A stretch of 64,000 nt of DNA from Octopus sinensis (taxonomy: Eukaryota), in NCBI RefSeq assembly GCF_006345805.1, contig NW_021833269.1:21597-85596 (forward strand), in the 5' to 3' direction. Both the position numbers and the translations under genes were made by a program. Below are positions 54,412 to 64,000 of this stretch, one piece after another. Positions within the stretch are counted from its first letter, which is position 1; every line of letters begins with the position of its first letter. Under the pieces are notes generated by a model. It had not been told where the DNA came from and searched no databases. It saw only the letters and a list, made by a program, of their open reading frames with translations.

Positions 54412-54795
54412 GGAGTAATAGAAATTAGGAGGCCTGATTTGGTAGTAGTAGATAAAAGGAATAGAAAGTGCTCGATAATTGACTTTACAGTGAATAATAT
54501 TATGAAAATATCAATATGAGAGGTATAGAAAAATAGCTAAGTACCAGGATCTAGCTATTGAATTACAGAGACTATGGAAAGAGCGGATAAAATGTATCCC
54601 AGTAGTTATAGATGCATTGAGAACTATCCCTAAAAATCTCAACAAATGATTACAGGAAGTAGGCATAAAACCCAGTTTAGTACAGCTGCAGAAAAACAGT
54701 GTTATTAGGGACAGCTGAAATACTTAGGAGCGTTCTTGTAATTTAAGGTTACTCATTGTATCACGGTGTTAGAAATTTTTCTGTTGTGTGTATTA
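54412..54795 (+). mobile_element. R4/Dong-like LINE 3' fragment (restriction-like endonuclease) ending in (TAA)n
   Basis: IEIRRPDLVVVDKRNRKCSIIDF...KIAKYQDLAIELQRLWK...IPVVIDAL...QKTVLLGTAEILRSVL. Confidence 0.88.
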
Positions 54796-54845
54796 TTATA
54801 ATAATAATGATAATAATAATAATAGCAACAACAACAATAATAATA

Positions 54846-55403
54846 AATGCCCTGATGCAGTACCAGGCAGTGGCTCTCGTGGCTTCTGATCTTAACTGAT
54901 TAGAAGTGTTATGTACATTGTTTTGTCTTGGTATAAAAGATGGGTTACAGCAAATATTCTGCTCAATACCACAGATTTGCTTGTCACTTGTTTGACCTAA
55001 AACAGTTCAGCATGTCCCCTTAGTGGCTGACGACATGTGCATCTCTGATCACAAGCAGAAGTAGTTGAGAAGCAGCATAGCCATGTGCTGAGAAGTATTC
55101 TTTGGGGTTTGAATAATTCACCTCTGGAAGCATGGGTGTTTCAATCAACATCGTTAGACAACCCTTATTCAGGGACCTTTTGAGCAGGATGGGCTACTCG
55201 ACCTCAAGAAAATTCTAACTGGGCCCCAACAGCAAGATCATGCGCTGTTAATCTTGATATGAGATCATTATGTCGCGCACATATTCATGTGATGCATGTG
55301 CCTGGTGTACCCTTATCAGACGGGTAGTCATGATGGGTATATTGGGCTTCGTATATTTTACTCCAGCGTCACTTTGATGGCAAGCACTGCTCTCTCACTC
55401 AAT
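54846..55403 (+). mobile_element. Non-coding repeat family F, long copy between (AAT)n tracts
   Basis: Matches 27849-28235. Confidence 0.8.
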
Positions 55404-55409
55404 ATTAAC

Positions 55410-55482
<73 letters not shown>

Positions 55483-55483
<1 letters not shown>

Positions 55484-56175
55484 TTTCATTTATTTGCCAC
55501 GAGGGCGAATGATAAGGGGAACAATGCAAAGACAGGCATAAAATGTTGGGGTTTCCATATAATGAAATAAGAAAAAAAGTGGCGAGGAGGATGGTAAAGA
55601 TGTGGCCCTCCTGATACAGGAAAGCCTCTAGAAGTAATCGAAGAAACCCACTGTCCGAAATGTCCCTGAAACCCCAGGAGCAAATAACGCCTCTAATCCC
55701 TTCTCTCGAATTCACATGTCTACACTTAGTGAGGTACTATCCACTCGTACTATTTTTGCAACTTTCACCTATAAATTCATTTCCCAATAAATTCATTCGA
55801 GTACAGCACTTCCCTCTCTACTCTCAATTTCCTTTTCAAGTGAAACTTGAAGTCAAAGAGGAATCTCTCCGTCCTCATGCCTTTGTCCACCAAACAACCT
55901 TTTCGCCACAGCCACCAGGCAAATGAAAACTGCCTTGCCTGTCCTATTGAAGGAGGGTGGCACTACGATCATCACTACAGACTCGGTCGACAGACTACTC
56001 CGTCCAACACGTGACAGCAGCTCTTCGACATAACCCCCCAAGTCAGCAATGCCCAGGCATAAATTCTACAGGCGTGGATGTGCTGTCAGACGGGCTTTCC
56101 CGAAGTGCGCGCAGGGTGACGAAACCGTTCTGCAAGTCCTCGTTCAGTGTCCGGGCATTGATGATTTGTAGGTTT
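55483..56175 (-). mobile_element. Tx1/L1-like LINE 3' fragment with inverted 5' segment
   Basis: Minus: CLGIADLGGYVEELLSRVG...FICLVAVAK...FKFHLKRKLRVERE, tail runs into (ATT)n; plus 56068-56172: HKFYRRGCAVRRAFPKCAQGDETVLQVLVQCPGIDDL (zf-RVT-like). Confidence 0.78.
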
Positions 56176-56199
56176 CTGCAATCATAACCATGTCCCACA

Positions 56200-56350
56200 A
56201 CTACTATCTTTGGGAATCTATCTTTGGGAATCTATCATGCAACACCTTCTCCTGCCAGCCACATAGTTTTTGTTCTTTTTTTCTGGCTTTTAACTTCGGT
56301 CGGGATTTGGTTTCCATATGTCTTGCTGCGATTGTAGCAACTCTTAAACA
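56200..56350 (-). mobile_element. R4/Dong-like internal fragment
   Basis: KLKARKKEQKLCGWQEKVLHDRF resembles the post-RT W..K.LHG.F motif. Confidence 0.55.
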
Positions 56351-56354
56351 GCGA

Positions 56355-56484
56355 TGACGACGACGACGACGAAGAAGAAGAAGAAGAAGAAGAGAAGAAG
56401 AAGAAGAAGAAGAAGAGAAGAAGAAGAAGAAGAAGAAAGTGGTAGTGGTGGTGGTGTGTGGGGGTGCCGCTGCTGCTGCTGGTG

Positions 56485-56516
<32 letters not shown>

Positions 56517-56650
56517 GGTGGCGGTGGCGATGGCGGTGGCGGTGGTGGTGTTAATAATGATGATGATGATGATTGATGATGATTGATGATGATTGATGAT
56601 GATGATGATAATTGATGATGATGATGATGATTGATGATGATGATGATGAT

Positions 56651-56690
<40 letters not shown>

Positions 56691-56865
56691 AATAATATAA
56701 CAATCATGATGATGATGATGATGATGAGGATGATGATGATAATAATAATAACAATCATGATGATGGTGATGATGATGGTGGCGGTGGCGATGGCGGTGGC
56801 GGTGGTGGTGGTGATAATGATGATGATGATGATGATGATGATGATTGATGATGATTGATGATGAT

Positions 56866-56937
<72 letters not shown>

Positions 56938-57004
56938 AATAATAATAACAATCATGATGATGATGATGATGATGAGGATGATGATGATAATAATAATAAC
57001 AATC

Positions 57005-57045
<41 letters not shown>

Positions 57046-57050
57046 ATGAT
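56355..57050. repeat. (GAA)/(GAT)n microsatellite with ~250-bp higher-order duplication
   Basis: GGTGGCGGTGGCGATGGCGGTGGCGG at ~56516 and ~56777; AACAATCATGATG blocks repeat. Confidence 0.92.
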
Positions 57051-57502
57051 CGTGTATGTATTAAAGTTGTATGAAAACAAATAACGAAGAGCTGAAATGA
57101 GGAACAGAAAAAAATGATAAAAGTAAGTTTTGCTCCGTTAACCTGACTTAAAGTAGTAAGATAAATATCATATCTTAATAAAATAATACACCTTATAAAT
57201 ATAGGTTGGTTGCCATTTTGGTGGTTTGGATGGTTGATATCTCCAGTAAGCACTTTCCATTTTAATAACTAAAGAACGAAAATGAGCGAAAGAATGATCA
57301 CAGTGAGTTTATACAAGAGGTGACGATGAACGCATATACTAGGCTTGGTGGCAGTCAATGAGAAAGTTTCATAGAGACAGAGAACGAGGTGAGGCAGTAA
57401 ATGACAGAGCATTTACGGGAGATTTCATATATTGAATGCAATGGCGGATAAGTCGCAATAATTTCGCATGCGTGCAGGCATCCTTGTAACAAGAGATGTG
57501 AG

Positions 57503-57546
<44 letters not shown>

Positions 57547-57787
57547 GTAGGTGACACTCGCAATTTAAAATATCTATATATTACATATGCATAAGATTAT
57601 AATGTTCATAATTTAGTATGCACACGAATGCGAAAAATCCAATTTCGAGATATTTCGTAGTTTATATTCAGAAAATATAATAAACTCGAAACAATTACAT
57701 ATCGTGTTGATTTTATATTACGAAAACGAACCCATATGCACCCACCTTCTCCCTTCCCGCCTCTCTCTTCTCACTTTCTCCCCTTCT

Positions 57788-57824
<37 letters not shown>

Positions 57825-58012
57825 GTTTCTTCTACGCATATCTACTGTGTCATTTATGTATAAATACAAATGGGACTTCCTTCATTTCATTTTACATTCA
57901 GGTAGCAAAATATATTTTTATATTGGGAAATATTTTCCAAATTAGTATTCGTTTCATCATTTCGAATAGGCAGCAAGGAATTTAATAAAAGTTGAATTAT
58001 AATTATTAGATA

Positions 58013-58190
58013 GGCGCAGGAGTGGCTGTGTGGTAAGTAGCTTGCTTTCCAACGATATTGTTCCGGGTTCAGTCCCACTGCGTGGAACCTTGGGTAAGTG
58101 TCTTCTACTTGTCTTCTACTATAGCCTCAGACCAATGAAAGTCTCGTGAGAGGATCTGGTGGATGGAGTCTGAAAGAATCCCGTCATATA
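58013..58190 (+). mobile_element. SINE family B, 5' half
   Basis: TAGGCGCAGGAGTGGCTGTGTGG head. Confidence 0.87.
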
Positions 58191-58291
58191 TATATATATA
58201 AAATATTATTAGAGACAAAACCACTATTTTGCAAAACAAACAAGGAAAGACTTAATCAATACATAAAATTTTAAAATAGTCAAAAAAACCG

Positions 58292-58334
58292 CCACTACAA
58301 TCGTTTCTTGTCTTGATCGACAATCTTCAGGTGG
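58292..58334 (-). ncRNA. Type I hammerhead, identical to 38704-38746, within a TA-flanked copy (58200-58345)
   Basis: Same core sequence with one arm of the fold-back element. Confidence 0.75.
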
Positions 58335-58349
58335 ACTTCCAAATATATA

Positions 58350-58390
<41 letters not shown>

Positions 58391-58394
<4 letters not shown>

Positions 58395-58699
58395 AGGCGC
58401 TATGGACCAGTGGTTAGGGCAGCGGACTCGTGGTCGTAGGATCGCGGTTTCGATTCCCAGACCAGGCGTTGTGTGTGTTTATTGAGCGAAAACACCTAAA
58501 AGCTCCACGAGGCTCTGGCAGGGGGTGGTAATCCCTGCTGTACTCTTTCACCACTCTTTCTCCCACTCTTTCTTCTGTTGGCCTGCTCGCTTAGCCAGCG
58601 GGGTGGCGTCATTCGAAGGCTAAAACAATGCGAACGCATTGTGACCAGAAATGTGTAACTACATCTGATGGACTGGTCGGTCACGTGATGGTCACGTGA
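58391..58699 (+). mobile_element. SINE family E (tail Y)
   Basis: Matches 34163-34470. Confidence 0.9.
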
Positions 58700-58724
58700 T
58701 ATATATATATATATGTGGGGTGTG

Positions 58725-58945
58725 TGTGTGTTTGCATATCTATGTTTGTACCCCACACCATCGCTTGACAACTCATGGTGGTTTGATTATGTCCACGTAA
58801 CTTAGCGGTTCGGCAATAGTGACTGATAGTATAAGTACTAGGCTTACAAAGAAAATAAGTCCTGGCGTCGATTTGTTCGACTAAACGCCGAGCTGCAGCA
58901 TGGCCGCAGTCAAACGACTGAAACAAATGAAAGAATAAGAGAATA
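58725..58945 (+). mobile_element. SINE family B, 3' half
   Basis: CTTAGCGGTTCGGCAA...CAGCATGGCCGCAGTC. Confidence 0.8.
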
Positions 58946-59046
58946 ACAGAATATATAAGCCTTATTGGGAGGTATTACTCAAGGGGGCAAGAATGTAATC
59001 CCTAAGCTAGGACCCATATGACAGGGAACACGCAAATGTACATACA

Positions 59047-59205
59047 CAGGCGCAGGTGTGGCTGTATGGTAAGAACTTTCCTTCCCAACCATAAACTTCC
59101 TGGTTCAGTCCTACTGCGTGGCGCCATGGATGGGTGTCTTCTACCATAGCTTCGGGCCGACCAATGCCTTGTGAGTAGATTTGGTAGATGGGACTGAGAT
59201 AAGCT
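59047..59205 (+). mobile_element. SINE family B, 5' half
   Basis: Head match. Confidence 0.8.
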
Positions 59206-60567
59206 CGTCTTCTGATTCTTTGGTCTCTTCACCCACTCTCTCACATTTCTCTGTCTTTCTCACTTTGCACCTCACTGACACTGCCTTTATGTTGCCAAGC
59301 CAATCCTTGGCACGCTCTCTTTCTTCTCCCCTCTTTAATTCCTTTTTTCTCTCTCTTCTCCCCCTCTTTGGGGCCTTTGTCCCTCTCTTTCTCTCTGTAT
59401 TTGAATCTTTTGCCCCTTTTATCTCTCTCTTCTCTCACGTGACCGCCGGTCAACTACCCTTTCGGCTTCTGAGCACCGCCACGACATCGATTTCTTCGTC
59501 TGCCGTAAGGCAGTATTTTCCAAATACGCCAGCTAAGCTAAGTTGAACTGTCTAAAGTTGAAAGACACCCGTTGTTTTTGTCCTGTTATTACTATTATTG
59601 TTTTTTGTATTTATATTCGTGTGGCATCGTCCGTTTTTCTGTCTTTGTTTCGTATACATTCGATCCTTTTTCCAAGAAATCTAATGCTCGTAGCTTAGTT
59701 TTTCCTTGGGGCTGGCCGGATCGGAGCGATCTCAAGATTAATCAGCCGAAATTGCGAGGATGATCCGGTTCTTGACTGAAGATTAGAGGCTTCCAATGAC
59801 CCGTCCGTTTTTTGTGTCGTCTATTTGAATGTTTTGCGTTCTTGTCCCGTTTTGTATTTTTTAATATATTTTTTTAATACTATATATATATATATATAAA
59901 TAGAGAGAGAGAAAGATACAGACAGACAGACAGACAGACAGAGAGAACGTGAGAGGTAATAAAACCCACCTTAAAGGACAGAAATTATCTAATCAATTAA
60001 TGGTTTGTTACTTATTATTTTGTTGTGAATTGTAATATTCCTAAAATAATACATTTAAATATAAATCTCAGTTTATAAATATTTTAATTAAAATCCAGAA
60101 AATGGCGAAGTAGAGTTAATATAATTTATTAACTACAAAAATTCAACATGTTCACTTACGGTTTTTCGATTTCGCCCAAAGGAATTAAATTCCAGGAATT
60201 AAAACATTATATTGGGTAAAATATCATGAGTGGAGTAAACAAGAGATATCGTGAGGTCATTTCATGTTATACTTCCAAAACATCTCATCAGACAGAATCT
60301 CTTTTAATTAGTAATATTGGTATAAACCTTGGCCAATGAGTAATAGGTTGTAGAAGGGTACAAATGTGTAAATAAATTAGTACCCTTATTAATTAGCAAA
60401 AATAGCATCATATGAATGAAAGAACAAATCAGTGATCAGTTTAATAATGTGTTTAAGAAATTAATTGAACGAAGATTAAAAGTAGGTAAATTACAAAATA
60501 ATCATGGTGAGAAAGGACCCAAGTTATATTATATATACGCAATGCACACATATACACACATTTACAC

Positions 60568-60602
<35 letters not shown>

Positions 60603-60608
<6 letters not shown>

Positions 60609-60767
60609 GCTTCTTTCAGTTTCCAGCTACCAAATCCACTCACAAGGCTTCGATCGGCCGAGGCTATAGTAGGAAAACATTGCTCAAGGTGTCACGCAGT
60701 GGGACTGAACCCGGTGTCATCACGTGGTTAGTAAGCAAACTACTTACCGCACAACCACTCCTGCGCC
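60603..60767 (-). mobile_element. SINE family B, 5' half
   Basis: Head match. Confidence 0.82.
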
Positions 60768-60813
60768 TCTCTCTCTCCATATATATATATATATATATAT
60801 ATAGGTAGGTAGG

Positions 60814-60887
<74 letters not shown>

Positions 60888-61126
60888 TACATGCATATAT
60901 ACATTCACATGCACGTAGACCCATTCAAGATATACACCTCTAGGCAAAAAGATATACATATAAATAACGATATATGGTTATAAGCAAAAAATATATGCAT
61001 ATATACACACGCAAACAAACGCACACTCATTTATGTATCCACACACAAACCTATGCATTAATACATAATTAAAAAACAAGCTAGCATATATAAGACAGAT
61101 TTCCATATACTCACATCCGTATATGT

Positions 61127-61172
<46 letters not shown>

Positions 61173-61418
61173 TATATGTACAATCGAGAATCGCATATAT
61201 AAAAACAAAATATTCGTACATCACATTGCAAAACAGAGATTTTGTCCGGTAAAATGTTTTAATTACTGGAATTTAATCCTTTTGTGCAAAATCGAAATAA
61301 GTGACCTTGTGAAATTTTTACAGTTAATAAATTATATTAACGCTACTTCTCCATTTTCTAGATTTTAATTTACACACACACACATACACACACACACAAG
61401 CACACACATATATATTTT

Positions 61419-61456
<38 letters not shown>

Positions 61457-61668
61457 CAAACACAATATATATATATATATAAGCACACACGCACACGCAC
61501 AAACACACACATATATGATGTTTTATCTTTTACTTGTTGCAAGCATTCATTAGACACCGGCCATGCTGGGGCACCGCCTTGTAGTATTTTTATTCAAATC
61601 AATCGATCCCCGTACTTACTATATTAAGCCTGGCACTTATTCAATCGGTCCCTTTTCCGAAACCGCAG

Positions 61669-62086
61669 ACTCTTACTCTTTTACTCTTTTACTTGTTTCA
61701 GTCATTTGACTGCGGCCATGCTGGAGCACCGCCTTTAGTCGAGCAAATCGACCCCGGGACTTATTCTTTGTAAGTCCAGTACTTATTCTATCGGTCTCTT
61801 TTGCCGAATCGCTAGGTGACGGGGACGTAAATACACCAGCATCAGTTGTCAAGCAATACTAGGGGGACAAACACAGACACACAAACATATACACACCCAC
61901 TTCAATATATATACATATATACGACAGGCTTCTTTCAGTTTCCGTCTACCAAATCCACTCACAAGGCATTGGTCGGCCCGGGGCTATAGCAGAAGACACT
62001 TGCCCAAGATGCCACGCAGTGGGACTGAACCCGGAACCATGTGGTTGGTTAGCAAGCTACTTACCACACAGCCACTCCTGCGCCTA
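61669..62086 (-). mobile_element. SINE family B, full length (with an older partial copy at 61530-61666)
   Basis: Matches family B. Confidence 0.92.
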
Positions 62087-62600
62087 TGACAGGATTTCGT
62101 GCATGCAAGAAAGGGCACTTAAACCCAAACCACGAAAACAATGATTCGAAACGCACACCGATAATGTCACTCGAATGAAAAAGTTCATTATTAATTAATT
62201 CCATGCAAGAGTTTCCCTATTAATGAGCAAATGTATCAAGCTACATTTTGATATAAATTGTTATACCAATGCCGCTGATGAACCACGGATGGCACATTAA
62301 TGTATTTGCTCATTAATAGGAAAACTTGAGTATGAGATTAACTACTAATAGTTTTTTTTCGAGTGCCATCATCGGCGTGCCTTCAGAATTATTGTTTCTG
62401 TGGCTTGGGTTTAACTGCCCCTTCTATCGTGTAAGGAGTCCTTTCAAGGGACTTCTCTCTGTGTATAAATCTTTATACACTCTTATATATGAAAATATGT
62501 GTCATGACTTTCACGACGTATGTGAACCATTGGTAAATTATTTTAATTTTTTACTCTTATAATTTACACAGCATGTATTATATATATATATATATGTTTA

Positions 62601-62838
62601 CAGTGGCGGCCAAAATGTTCACAGCGGCATTGTTTTCGTCATGGGTTTTGCAGTAAATCACTAAATCATCCATAACTTTTGTATTATCCTCTCAAATTAC
62701 ACCACAATCTCAGACAATAACAATTCATATTGTATTTATTGTCTGTCAAAATTATAGAATATAAAACCACTTCGATTAAAACTTATACTCACGTTTCTGA
62801 CGAAAACAATGCCGTTCTGAAAATTTTGGCCGCAACTG
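62601..62838. mobile_element. Tc1/mariner-type MITE with TA flanks and ~41-bp TIRs
   Basis: TA-CAGTGGCGGCCAAAAT...GCGGCATTGTTTTCGTCA / TGACGAAAACAATGCCG...ATTTTGGCCGCAACTG-TA. Confidence 0.88.
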
Positions 62839-63069
62839 TATATATATATCCATATATAATAATATAAATATATATATATGCATATATACATACGTATATG
62901 TACATACATCTATACGTATACATATGTGGCACAGAGCAACCCGATCATGCGACAGGTTATACCGGGTTACATGTTACCTGTAGCGTTCAAGAGCGACCTA
63001 ACTATGGAGCATCCTATGTGTCGATCTAGATGAGATGACACATACAAACACACACACACATATATATAT

Positions 63070-63465
63070 AGGCGTAGGCGTGGCTGTGTGGTAGGTAGTT
63101 TGCTTACCAAGCACATGGTTTGGGGTTCAGTCACACTGCCGGGCACCTTGGGCAAATGCCTTCTACTATAGCCTTCGGAGTAGATTTGGTAAACGGAATC
63201 ACAAAGACACCCGTCGTATATATATATGTGTGTGTGTGTATGTGTGTGTGTGCGAATGTGAGTGTATATGTGTGTGTGTGTATTTACGTGTATTTCTTGT
63301 GCTTCCAACATCGCTTGACAACCGGTGTTGGTGTGTTTACGATCCCGTAAACTAGCGGTTCGGCGTAAGAAACTGACACAATAAGTACTAGGTTAAGAAA
63401 AATGCCCTGCATCGATTTGTTCGACTAATAACACTCGGTCAAATGATTAAAACAAGTAAAAGGAT
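63070..63465 (+). mobile_element. SINE family B, diverged
   Basis: Head, microsatellite and tail are recognisable. Confidence 0.85.
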
Positions 63466-63660
63466 AAATATATATGTATATATATATGTATATACATGCA
63501 TATATAACTATTTATGTATATATATGTGTATGTATATATATATTTGTATATATATATATGGGTGTGTGTATATATAGATATATACATATATATGTGTATA
63601 TATGTATATATATATATATGTGTGTGTGTATATATATAGATATACACATATATATATTTG

Positions 63661-63725
<65 letters not shown>

Positions 63726-64000
63726 AATAAAAATGGAGTTAACGCAGGTTTAAACAAGTATTTTCTTTCTACATATGTTTCAAAAATTCCACTGATACTT
63801 ATTCAAAAGAATAAAGGTATAAACAATGCAATCTTCTCTTCGGGAAAGGAAAAAAACGAAACTTGTCAATACGACATTTTAGCAAAAAATGATGGATTCG
63901 TATAGCGATAGACAGAACGCTATTAATATGTTTAAAAAAACGTTATGTGATATAACGTCATAAGTAGCTAACAGAAAGAGTAGGGATATTAATAGTGAAT

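Noticed and set aside
60416-60530. ORF start MKEQISDQFNNVFKKLIERRLK
   Set aside because: Short, runs into a microsatellite and SINE, and has no supporting motif.

Overview
Eukaryotic, AT-rich, repeat-saturated intronic or intergenic DNA. The SINE families and microsatellite density point to a cephalopod (octopus-like) nuclear genome; this is inference, with no database search. There is no complete protein-coding gene, and almost all listed ORFs are microsatellite artefacts. Recognisable content: decayed Tc1/mariner transposases (one with an internal inverted self-duplication); CR1, Tx1/L1-like, R4/Dong-like, RTE-like and Penelope-like retroelement fragments; hAT and Tc1-type MITEs; a Helentron-type (HINE/DINE-1-like) element; and many tRNA-derived SINEs with swapped head and tail modules. 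The most interesting signal is a set of short non-coding elements in (TA)n/(TAA)n microsatellites that carry hammerhead-ribozyme cores (CUGANGA...stem II...GAAAC) in at least four unrelated sequence families. They occur in tandem or fold-back arrangements like Penelope pseudo-LTRs, and one has a tRNA-like head, suggesting a ribozyme-bearing SINE. A few isolated candidate exons are reported at low confidence.
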